From: an uncultured bacterium
GTDB taxonomy: Bacteria > Bacteroidota > Bacteroidia > Bacteroidales > Muribaculaceae
Assembly (NCBI GenBank): GCA_946184715.1
Contig: CAMHGU010000001.1
Coordinates: 1-51,121 of the forward strand
Length of the DNA stretch: 51,121 nt
Direction: 5' to 3'
Made by a program: the position numbers and the translations under genes. Every line of letters starts with the position of its first letter. Position 1 is the first letter of the stretch. Of the stretch, positions 28,661 through 36,460 are shown in pieces. The notes under the pieces are model-generated. The model did not search any database. It was not told where the DNA came from and worked only from the letters and a program-made list of their open reading frames with translations.

Positions 28661-28675
28661 GTCATAAACTTTTGC

Positions 28676-28683
28676 TAACTTTG
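28676..28683 (+). promoter_or_regulatory. Candidate -7 box (TAACTTTG) for the beta-barrel/PCMD sub-operon
   Basis: Exact TAnnTTTG match 42 nt upstream of ATG 28725. No clear -33 TTTG. Confidence 0.3.
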
Positions 28684-28724
28684 TGGCCGCAAAACCAAGT
28701 AAATCAATATCCAGCCATCGAGAG

Positions 28725-29555
28725 ATGAAAATACTACATTATATATATAGGGTCGCGCTGTGGAGTCTCGCGCTTCTGCCGCTTTCGGCCCGGGCGCAGG
28801 AAGCCGCGCAGCTTATATCGCCATTGCCCGTCGATAGCGTGGCGCTCGCTGCCGATACCCTTGCCGCCGCTCCGGCCAAGGAGCTGCCCAAGTTCAATCG
28901 TGGCATTAAGCCCAGGGTGTTTGTGCCCAAAGGACAGATTGTGGCCGGCTTCAATGCCAACTTCAGCCAGTCCAATCAGAACAACTATCAGTTTTTCATC
29001 ATCGAAAGCGTGAACGGCAACACCGGCTCTATGAAAATCTCGCCATGGTGCATATATATGTTCCGCGACAATCTCGGTGCCGGCGGCCGTGTGGCCTACA
29101 CCCGCTCGCGCACTAAGATGGATAAAGCCAATGTGATATTCGACACCGAGACCAAGTACAGCGTCGACGACCTCTACAGCATCTCGCAGTCGCTATCCAC
29201 GATGGCGGTGATGCGCGCCTACATCAACTTGGGCAACAGCACCCGCTTCGGCATCGTGGCCGATGTGCAGCTCGAGTACTCCCACAGCACCGCCAAGATG
29301 ACCAACGGTCAGGGCATGGACTTCACCGGCTCCTATGCCACTACCAACGCCTTCAACCTCGGCGTTGCCCCCGGCCTCGTGATGTTTCTCAACAACTACT
29401 CGGCCATCGAGGTCAACGTCGGGATGCTCGGCCTCGGCTTCAAGAAGACCAATCAGCTCACCAATCAGGTGCGCGTGCAAGATATGCGCTCCACGGTGGC
29501 CAATTTCAGTATTAACCTCTTCTCCATCTCTATCGGGATGTCGTTCTATCTGTAA
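28725..29555 (+). CDS. Putative outer-membrane beta-barrel protein D (paralog of E)
   Basis: SPI signal peptide (LPLSARA|QEA). Alternating hydrophobic/polar pattern throughout. The C-terminal strand is ANFSINLFSISIGMSFYL. ATG 28725 is preferred over the GTG at 28683. Confidence 0.6.
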   Translation: MKILHYIYRVALWSLALLPLSARAQEAAQLISPLPVDSVALAADTLAAAPAKELPKFNRGIKPRVFVPKGQIVAGFNANFSQSNQNNYQFFIIESVNGNTGSMKISPWCIYMFRDNLGAGGRVAYTRSRTKMDKANVIFDTETKYSVDDLYSISQSLSTMAVMRAYINLGNSTRFGIVADVQLEYSHSTAKMTNGQGMDFTGSYATTNAFNLGVAPGLVMFLNNYSAIEVNVGMLGLGFKKTNQLTNQVRVQDMRSTVANFSINLFSISIGMSFYL

Positions 29556-30475
29556 TGTCTATGAAACGAATAGCCAATATCCTGATAATGATGCTTATAG
29601 CAGCTATGGGTGCTGCCCTGGCAGCTCCGGCCGAGAGCGACAGCATCACCCGCGTGCGCGATAAGATTGTGATGCCGTGGTTCCCTTCCAAGGCTAAGGT
29701 GATACGGACTGAGGACGATGTGGAGCAGGTGCTCGTGGGTAACGACACCGTCGATATGGTGCTCCCCGTGTTCAACTACGGCCGCTACGACCGCCATCTC
29801 TCCAACTATCTGTATATCCCCAAAGGCTCCTGGTCGTTCGGCCTTATGGCCTCCTACGGCAGCCTCAACAGCAACGATATGTCGCTGCTCAATATGGTGG
29901 GCGAGTTCAACTTCGGCGGCAACGCCTTCTCTATCCGCCCTTACGGCAGCTACTTCTTCCGCAGCAACCAGTGTATCGGTATGCGCTTCAACTACACCAA
30001 TTGGCATGCCGACCTCAAGTCGCTCAAGATCGACTTCATCGACGACCTCAACCTCGACATCCACAATGTGCTCTACGACAGCAAGGGCTACTCGATGTCG
30101 GTGTTCTACCGCAACTATATCGGTCTCGACCACGGCAAGCGCTTCGCCATCTTCAACGAGGTGGACCTCTCCATAGGCGGCGGCAACGGCAAGTTTGTGC
30201 GCTACTATAGCGACCTGCCGCGCGACACCCGCACCTCCACCTTCGACCTCCGCCTCAACTTCTCGCCCGGCGTGTCGGTGTTCTTCCACGAGAATGTGGC
30301 GTTCAACGTGTCGTTTGGCGTGTTCGGTATCTACTACACCCACGGCCGTCAAACCACCTACAAGACTCTCAGCGACGGCACCATAGAAGAGGAAACGGGC
30401 ACCCGCAACGCCAGCGGCGCCAATTTCAAGTTCAATCTCTTCAACATCAACTTCGGCATCGCAGTTCATATATGA
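29555..30475 (+). CDS. Putative outer-membrane beta-barrel protein E (paralog of D)
   Basis: TAATG stop/start overlap with D. Signal peptide (GAALA|AP). Motifs collinear with D: PKG.., I.P...Y.FR.N.G, and the C-terminal ANFKFNLFNINFGIAVHI. Confidence 0.6.
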   Translation: MSMKRIANILIMMLIAAMGAALAAPAESDSITRVRDKIVMPWFPSKAKVIRTEDDVEQVLVGNDTVDMVLPVFNYGRYDRHLSNYLYIPKGSWSFGLMASYGSLNSNDMSLLNMVGEFNFGGNAFSIRPYGSYFFRSNQCIGMRFNYTNWHADLKSLKIDFIDDLNLDIHNVLYDSKGYSMSVFYRNYIGLDHGKRFAIFNEVDLSIGGGNGKFVRYYSDLPRDTRTSTFDLRLNFSPGVSVFFHENVAFNVSFGVFGIYYTHGRQTTYKTLSDGTIEEETGTRNASGANFKFNLFNINFGIAVHI

Positions 30476-30497
30476 TAAGCCTTTTCAGCTCAATGTT

Positions 30498-32078
30498 ATG
30501 AATAAACGTATCCTATATATATATATGGTCATCGCCGCGGCGGCTATCGCGGCCCTGAGCGGTTGTATCAAGAACGATATCCCGTATCCCCGCGATCAGC
30601 TCAACTTCCTGGAGTTTGAAGCCGAAGGACAATCGTCATCAGCCGAAATCGACACCAAGAACTGCATTGTCACCGTCAATCTGCCGGAGCAGTCCAATCT
30701 GCGCCGCGTGGCCGTGGCTTCCTATAAACTCAGCGAGGGTGCCGAGGTGGTAAGCCCCGACCTCTCGTCGCCGCTCGACCTGCGTGAGAACGTCAAGGTG
30801 CTCCTGCATCGCTACTACGACACCGAGTGGATCATCAGGGCCAACCAGCCCATCGCGCGCTGCTTCGTGCTGCCCAATCAGGTGGGTACCTCCGTCATCG
30901 ACGTGCCCGGCAAGCGCGTGGTGGCCTATGTGCCCAAGACTGCCGACCTTAGGGCCCTCGAAGTGGACACCATCAAGCTCGGCCCCGCCGACGTCACCAC
31001 CGTGTCGCGCAATCTGAACCATCAGATTGTCGATTTCTCCTTGCCGCTGCGCCTTACCGTCAGCTACCACGACGAAGTGGAAATCTGGACTATCTACGTG
31101 CAGACCACCGACGTCAACGTATCCACCAGCCGCGTCGATGCCTGGAGCCGCGTAATCTGGGCCTATGGCGAGGGTAAAGCCGGTGCCGACAATGGTATCC
31201 GCTATCGCGAGCAGGGCCAGGAAGAGTGGATTACCGTCGATGCCGCTTCGATTACTCACAGCGGCGGTTCCTTCACCGCCCGCATCAATAGCGTCAAGCC
31301 CGAAACCGCCTATGAGGTGCAAGCCTACTCGGGCGAGGAGCTCGGCGAGATAGTCACTGTGACCACACAAGGCCTCTTCACCATTCCCAATATGGACTTC
31401 GACGACTGGAGTCTCAACGGCAAGATCTACCAGCCGTGGGCCGAAGGCGCCGAGGCGTTCTGGGACACCGGCAACCGCGGTGCCACCACGCTCGGCGACA
31501 GCAACACTATCCCCGGCAACATCACTTGGGACGGCGCAAGCGGCCGCAGTGCGATGCTGCAAACCAAATTCGTGGGCATCGGGGTGGTAGGTAAGCTCGC
31601 CACCGGCAATATCTACACCGGCGAATTCGTGCGCATCGATGGCTCCAACGGCGTGCTCAACTTCGGCCGCCCCTTCACCGGCCGCCCCACGCGCCTCAAC
31701 GGCTATATGAAGTACACCACGGCGCCCATCTCCTCTACCAATTCCGACCTCGCATATATGAAAGGCCAGCCCGACACGGCCCATATCTACATCGCCCTGA
31801 CCGACTGGGAAGCGCCCTTCGAGATACGTACCAACCCCAAGAATCAGCACCTCTTCGACATCAAAGACGAGCATATCATTGCCTACGGCAACATGCAGTG
31901 GGGCTCCAACGTGGATGAGTTCACACAATTCACCATCCCGCTCGAGTATCGCGCCACCAATCGCGTGCCACGCTATATCCTCATCGTGGCCGCCGCGTCG
32001 AAGTACGGCGACTTCTTCACCGGTGCCGACGGCGCCTGCCTCTGGGTGGACCATTTCTGGTTCGATTGGGACTACTGA
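30498..32078 (+). CDS. Surface lipoprotein F: Ig-like N-terminus, Fn3-like module, PCMD-like C-terminal domain
   Basis: Lipobox LSGC followed by IKNDIP. Fn3-like IRYREQGQEEWITV..VKPETAYEVQAY. C-terminal motifs PNMDFDDW, FWDTGNRG, GNIYTGEF, RPTRLNGYMKYT and LWVDHFWFDWDY, collinear with A and C. Confidence 0.8.
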   Translation: MNKRILYIYMVIAAAAIAALSGCIKNDIPYPRDQLNFLEFEAEGQSSSAEIDTKNCIVTVNLPEQSNLRRVAVASYKLSEGAEVVSPDLSSPLDLRENVKVLLHRYYDTEWIIRANQPIARCFVLPNQVGTSVIDVPGKRVVAYVPKTADLRALEVDTIKLGPADVTTVSRNLNHQIVDFSLPLRLTVSYHDEVEIWTIYVQTTDVNVSTSRVDAWSRVIWAYGEGKAGADNGIRYREQGQEEWITVDAASITHSGGSFTARINSVKPETAYEVQAYSGEELGEIVTVTTQGLFTIPNMDFDDWSLNGKIYQPWAEGAEAFWDTGNRGATTLGDSNTIPGNITWDGASGRSAMLQTKFVGIGVVGKLATGNIYTGEFVRIDGSNGVLNFGRPFTGRPTRLNGYMKYTTAPISSTNSDLAYMKGQPDTAHIYIALTDWEAPFEIRTNPKNQHLFDIKDEHIIAYGNMQWGSNVDEFTQFTIPLEYRATNRVPRYILIVAAASKYGDFFTGADGACLWVDHFWFDWDY

Positions 32079-32108
32079 CGTGCATAGCCCTTTCTTGACA
32101 ATACCCGA

Positions 32109-32140
32109 GCCAGCCCCGCCGCATCCACGGTGGGGCTGGC
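32109..32140 (+). terminator. Terminator-like GC hairpin after gene F
   Basis: GCCAGCCCCGCCG / CGGTGGGGCTGGC, 13 bp with one G-U pair and loop CATCCA. No U-tract follows. Confidence 0.45.
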
Positions 32141-32254
32141 CGGTTAATAGGCTCACAGCATCAGCCTGTTGCGCTCAGCGAAGGGCGGTAGAGCTGAAAA
32201 TTGGGCTATTTTTCGGAAAAATTGGCAAAAGGGCGAACTTTTTTGGCAAAATTC

Positions 32255-32285
32255 TTTGGTATATCAGATTGATGTTGTACTTTTG
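32255..32285 (+). promoter_or_regulatory. Candidate promoter with both -33 (TTTG) and -7 (TACTTTTG) elements
   Basis: TTTG at 32255-32258 and TACTTTTG at 32278-32285 are separated by 19 nt. This fits the Bacteroides TTTG/TAnnTTTG consensus geometry and lies about 115 nt upstream of ATG 32399. Confidence 0.5.
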
Positions 32286-32398
32286 TGCCGTAAACCTATG
32301 TTTTACAGCAAGAATTTGTTGTTGTGCCCCGGAAGCCTCAATTGGGGGAGGCGCCGTCAAGTACAGCAGCTATGTTTAATATGTTATAGTAAAAGCCT

Positions 32399-34156
32399 AT
32401 GAAGAAATTTACTTTATTTGCTGCAGCAGCTATCGTAGCTCTCACGGCTTCGGCCAAAGGCGATGCTTTGAGCATCAAGAGCGCGGTTGCTATGAACGGC
32501 GAAGCATCGGTGAAGAAGATTGAAGCCGGAGCTACGCTTAAAGCTACAACGAAATCCGACTTCAACATCACTCGCGAAGGTCGCAAAGCCACCAAGGCCA
32601 TCACTCCCAAAGCTGATGATGCCACTCCCACAGTCATCACCGAGCAGCCCGAAGGCGAACTCGTGCAATATGAGCGCGATGGATTCAATTGGGTTTATTC
32701 TAATGGTATTTCGCGCTACCTCCAAGCGGGAATCACCGATGTAGTTTATTCAGAGGATGATAATAGAGTATGGCTGAAAGACCCCCTTTCGTTTATCTCA
32801 AACGGTGCTTGGATTGAAGGTGAAGCAGTAGATGGCGGTTCTACGCTGAAATTCCGTACCGGGCAATTTTTGTCGTGGAACGAAAGCGAACAGTATGGTA
32901 TTTGTGTTGGATTCTATGTCCCGAATCAGAGCCCTACTACTGTTGCTTCCATTGCTGCCCTTGACACCGAAGAGGAATATATTACATTTACAATCGATGG
33001 TAATGTGATAAAGCCGAGTGGAGCCTTAGCCGCAAAGGATGCTGCGACTAATAATTATGGTATGCCAACTGAAGGAAAAATGCTCGGAGGATACTGGAAC
33101 GACGATCTTTCACCGGTTGGTTATTATTTTGATTGGGGTACGACACTTACAGAGTATGTAGCTCCCACCGATCCGATTGTCGTTCTGCCCGATGGACTTG
33201 AGACTGAAGAGTTTAACCTTACAGGTAATACCGATAGCGGTGCACTCTCGCAGAAGATCAATGTGGCTTTTGACGGCAGTGATGTCTATATCCAGGATTT
33301 CTCCGGTTTCTTCCCGGAGGGTTGGATTAAGGGTACTATCGGCGAAGATGGAACTACAGTGAAGTTTGGGCCTCAGTATCTCGGTTTATACATGGATAAG
33401 CATGTTATGTATCTTGTGGGTGCAACCTACGATCAGAGCGCTGGTAGTTTATTGCTCACCGAGGATAGCGGCTTCGAGTTTGAATACGATGCCGAGGCCC
33501 GCACTCTCAGCCAGACTACCGGCTATATTCTCGTCAATGGAAGCAAGGATGATTTAGGCTACTATGCTTACGCCTATGATCTCTTCATCTCCAATGAAGG
33601 CCCGGCCACTCCGGCAGCTCCCACCATCCTCAGCTGGACGGCCTACGATGAGGCTACCGGTAGCGGCTCGATGACTGTGCAGATGCCCATCATCGACACC
33701 GAGGGCAACGCCCTGCTTATACAGAAACTGCAGTACAAGCTGTATTCGGATATCGAGCGCGACACCACCGCCGTAACCGCAGGCTTCACGCTCTCCAACG
33801 TTGAGCAGTTTGACAACACGAGCCTCAAGCTTACCTTCACCACCGATGCCACTACCGTTGATTTCAACAATGTGGGCTTCAGCGCCATCTACAACGGTGG
33901 TCTCGAATCGCACGAATCGGAAATCGCTTGGTATCACATCAAGGACTACGCTCCCACGGCCACTGTCGGTGACCTGAACAACGACGGCTCGATCGATGGT
34001 AACGACGTGTCGGCTCTCCTCGAGATGGTTCTCGCCGGCGGCGTGAGCGATGAGCAGATGGGCGCGGCCGATGTCACCGGCGATGGAAGTGTCGATGGTA
34101 ACGACGTGTCGGCTCTCCTCGAGGTAGTTCTCGCCGGCGGCGGCTCTGGCGAATAA
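32399..34156 (+). CDS. Secreted protein G with C-terminal dockerin-like (double EF-hand) module; paralog of H
   Basis: SPI signal peptide and K/A-rich linker. The shared core motif is FPEGWIKGTIGEDGTTVKFGPQYLG. The C-terminus GDLNNDGSIDGNDVSALLEMVLAGG...ADVTGDGSVDGNDVSALLEVVLAGG has two dockerin-type Ca-binding segments. Confidence 0.8.
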   Translation: MKKFTLFAAAAIVALTASAKGDALSIKSAVAMNGEASVKKIEAGATLKATTKSDFNITREGRKATKAITPKADDATPTVITEQPEGELVQYERDGFNWVYSNGISRYLQAGITDVVYSEDDNRVWLKDPLSFISNGAWIEGEAVDGGSTLKFRTGQFLSWNESEQYGICVGFYVPNQSPTTVASIAALDTEEEYITFTIDGNVIKPSGALAAKDAATNNYGMPTEGKMLGGYWNDDLSPVGYYFDWGTTLTEYVAPTDPIVVLPDGLETEEFNLTGNTDSGALSQKINVAFDGSDVYIQDFSGFFPEGWIKGTIGEDGTTVKFGPQYLGLYMDKHVMYLVGATYDQSAGSLLLTEDSGFEFEYDAEARTLSQTTGYILVNGSKDDLGYYAYAYDLFISNEGPATPAAPTILSWTAYDEATGSGSMTVQMPIIDTEGNALLIQKLQYKLYSDIERDTTAVTAGFTLSNVEQFDNTSLKLTFTTDATTVDFNNVGFSAIYNGGLESHESEIAWYHIKDYAPTATVGDLNNDGSIDGNDVSALLEMVLAGGVSDEQMGAADVTGDGSVDGNDVSALLEVVLAGGGSGE

Positions 34157-34191
34157 CCAAGCCTACGGCCTTAACCGTACACTATATCGAA

Positions 34192-34232
34192 GGCAGCCGC
34201 TATCTATCCCGAAAGGCGGCTGCCTTTCATTT
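34192..34232 (+). terminator. Rho-independent terminator after gene G
   Basis: GGCAGCCGC (34192-34200) pairs with GCGGCTGCC (34216-34224), followed by TTTCATTT. Confidence 0.65.
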
Positions 34233-34277
34233 GCAAAGAAAAATGCCGAAAAATATTGTTAATCGAAATGTTTTTGC

Positions 34278-34285
34278 TATATTTG
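34278..34285 (+). promoter_or_regulatory. Candidate -7 box (TATATTTG) upstream of gene H
   Basis: Exact TAnnTTTG match. A partial -33 (ATTG ending at 34257) lies 20 nt upstream. Confidence 0.35.
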
Positions 34286-34380
34286 CGGCATAAATTGTAA
34301 TCAACGCTGCTCGTCGGCATATCTTATAGGCTATAGGTGCCGCGGCAGTAATTCTATTAATCCCAAACATAACCAAGCCT

Positions 34381-36093
34381 ATGAAAAAACTTTTACTCTC
34401 TCTCGTAGCTGTAGCCCTCGTGGCAATGTCAGCATCGGCCGCAAAGGTCAGCTTCAAGCCGACCCACAACGCCGGCCAGGCCACCACAGCCGTTAAGAAG
34501 GCTCCCAAGATGAATGTGGAGAAAGCTCGCTCGCTCAAGAAAGCCGGCCTCAAAGCCGCTGAGGATTTCCCTATCATCACCGAAGCTCCCGAAGGCACCA
34601 CAGAGTACATCTTTAAGCGTACAGGTAGTGCCACCCTCGTTTATTTCATTTGGTCGATGGAGACCGTACAGGACAATATGGCACTTCGCGCCTACGTTGA
34701 CCTCGCCAATATGAAGGTGTATATCAAAGACCCCGTGTCCAATTACGCTACCGGCGCTTTAGTAGAGGGCAACATCTTGGTTAAAGATGGCCAGTATTTC
34801 CTCGAAGTGCCCCTCGGCCAGAATCTTCTCTATAGCGAGGACTATGACGCCGCCACTCAGCTTTGGTTCCTCAATGGTGTGGAAGTGGAGGAAGACGGCG
34901 AAACTTATATTTCGTATGAAGTGGACCGCACCACAGTCAGCGCCGTATATTCGCTTGACCTGACTACTATGACGGTGGAGCTGCTCGGTGGCAGCAATGC
35001 TGAAGGTGAGGTCAAAATGCAGAGCGAGATGTTCGTGCTCGGCTCCGTATGGAGCGACGACGACTCCTGGACCGGCTACAGCGACTGGGATTCGGAGTAC
35101 ACTCTCTTCAACGACAAGCCGGTGGAAGGCCCCGCCGAGACTCTCGAGCCTGAAACTTGGTACGTAAGCGGCACAAGCTACTCCGGCGATGCTGTTACCT
35201 ATCCTTGCAATGTGGTAATCGATGGTGCCGACATCTACGTCCAGGGCGTGATGGCCGACCTTCCCGAAGGCTGGATTAAGGGTACTATCGAAGACGGCGT
35301 TGCCACATTCGCAGGTCCCCAGTATATGGGTATCACCGAGGGCAACTGGTTTATCTACGCCACCGGCGCTACCGATGGTGAGGAAGACGACTTCGAATTA
35401 GCCAATCCTATCACCTTCGCCTACGATGCCGAGGCCAAGTGCCTGACGCTCGAGAACGACTACCTGCTCTTCAACTGCTCCGATACCGACATCGATGGTT
35501 ACGACCTCCTTGCCAACGGCACCACCATCTCCTTTATCGAAGATAAGGAAGCCATGCCCGCCGCTCCCGAGTTCTCTTACGTAGGTGACTATGATCCCGA
35601 CTACGGTTATGGCTACGCAAGCATCTATCAAGAAGCTGTGGATGAAGATGGCAACCTGATTCTGCCTGACAAGCTCTACTATCAGTTCTGGAAAGAGGAA
35701 GGCAACGAGAAGAGCATCGTTGAGTTTAACCCCGACGAATATATGTATCTTATCGATCCTATGACCGAGATCCCCTACGCCTTCAGCGACGATTATGACT
35801 TCAACAACTTTGGTAATGACAAGACCATCTACCTCAACTTCGACTACAGCAGCTGGGACGGCATCGGTGTTCAGGCTATCTACTACGGTGGCGACGTGCG
35901 CACCGAGAGCAAGATCACTTGGTACGAGCTCTCCGGCGTTGAGGATGTCACCGCGGCTAAGAGTGTCGCTTCGGCTATTTACTACGACCTTACCGGTCGC
36001 CGCGTGGCTAAGCCCGCTCAGGGTGGTGTGTACGTGAAGAGCGTGAAGTACACCGACGGTACTGCTAAGAACTTCAAAGTGCTTGTGAAGTAA
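34381..36093 (+). CDS. Secreted protein H with T9SS type-A C-terminal sorting domain; paralog of G
   Basis: SPI signal peptide and K/A-rich linker. Core motif LPEGWIKGTIEDGVATFAGPQYMG (19 nt identical to G: tggattaagggtactatcg). The C-terminus AIYYDLTGRRVAKPAQGGVYVKSVKYTDGTAKNFKVLVK matches the T9SS CTD pattern. Confidence 0.8.
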   Translation: MKKLLLSLVAVALVAMSASAAKVSFKPTHNAGQATTAVKKAPKMNVEKARSLKKAGLKAAEDFPIITEAPEGTTEYIFKRTGSATLVYFIWSMETVQDNMALRAYVDLANMKVYIKDPVSNYATGALVEGNILVKDGQYFLEVPLGQNLLYSEDYDAATQLWFLNGVEVEEDGETYISYEVDRTTVSAVYSLDLTTMTVELLGGSNAEGEVKMQSEMFVLGSVWSDDDSWTGYSDWDSEYTLFNDKPVEGPAETLEPETWYVSGTSYSGDAVTYPCNVVIDGADIYVQGVMADLPEGWIKGTIEDGVATFAGPQYMGITEGNWFIYATGATDGEEDDFELANPITFAYDAEAKCLTLENDYLLFNCSDTDIDGYDLLANGTTISFIEDKEAMPAAPEFSYVGDYDPDYGYGYASIYQEAVDEDGNLILPDKLYYQFWKEEGNEKSIVEFNPDEYMYLIDPMTEIPYAFSDDYDFNNFGNDKTIYLNFDYSSWDGIGVQAIYYGGDVRTESKITWYELSGVEDVTAAKSVASAIYYDLTGRRVAKPAQGGVYVKSVKYTDGTAKNFKVLVK

Positions 36094-36125
36094 TTCACTC
36101 CACTCAGTCACTACACTAATAGAAT

Positions 36126-36160
36126 GGTGGCGCTCCCGCATCGGGGCGCCACCTTTTTTT
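36126..36160 (+). terminator. Rho-independent terminator after gene H
   Basis: GGTGGCGC / GCGCCACC stem with a 12-nt loop, followed by TTTTTTT (36154-36160). Confidence 0.8.
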
Positions 36161-36444
36161 CCTGACCTCGCCGATGGGATACCCGAGCACCCTCATCGCG
36201 CGAAGCGCGTGGCCTTCCATTAACCCCGCCCTATGCGAGCGCAGCGAGTCAGGGCGGGGATTACGGTTGTGTTGCGAGGATGAAAAAACCTCGCAGAGGT
36301 TTAAGATTGTTAGCCCCGCATTGACGCGCAGCGGCTATGTGGGGTCACGGTGGTCACCCACATCGGCAACGGCTTGGTGGCGATAATTCGGGCTCTGTGA
36401 TGGTTATGCCGGCGTCACCTCTTTTTTGGTTGACGAAAATGTAG

Positions 36445-36452
36445 TAACTTTG
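36445..36452 (+). promoter_or_regulatory. Candidate -7 box (TAACTTTG) immediately upstream of the Ca-ATPase
   Basis: Exact TAnnTTTG match, with TTTG at 36425-36428 (16-nt spacer). ATG 36461 is only 9 nt downstream, which would imply a very short or absent leader. Confidence 0.3.
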
Positions 36453-36460
36453 TGCCTGTA

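Noticed and set aside
29546-32156. Minus-strand ORFs 29546-30469 (307 aa) and 30639-32156 (505 aa)
   Set aside because: They are antisense to the beta-barrel E and lipoprotein F genes. The plus-strand genes have signal peptides or lipoboxes and paralog support, and the minus-strand ORFs have none.
32690-33480. Apparent AT-richer core of gene G suggesting a mosaic or cassette
   Set aside because: Hand counts give 45-48 % G+C (33001-33100, 32801-32900) against 51-55 % in the gene's flanks (32501-32600, 33901-34000). The difference is too small to claim without sliding-window statistics.
36174-36386. 70-aa ORF in the H/ATPase intergenic region
   Set aside because: It translates a series of GC hairpins and has no credible start context. 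It is more likely non-coding (see the hairpin-cluster finding).
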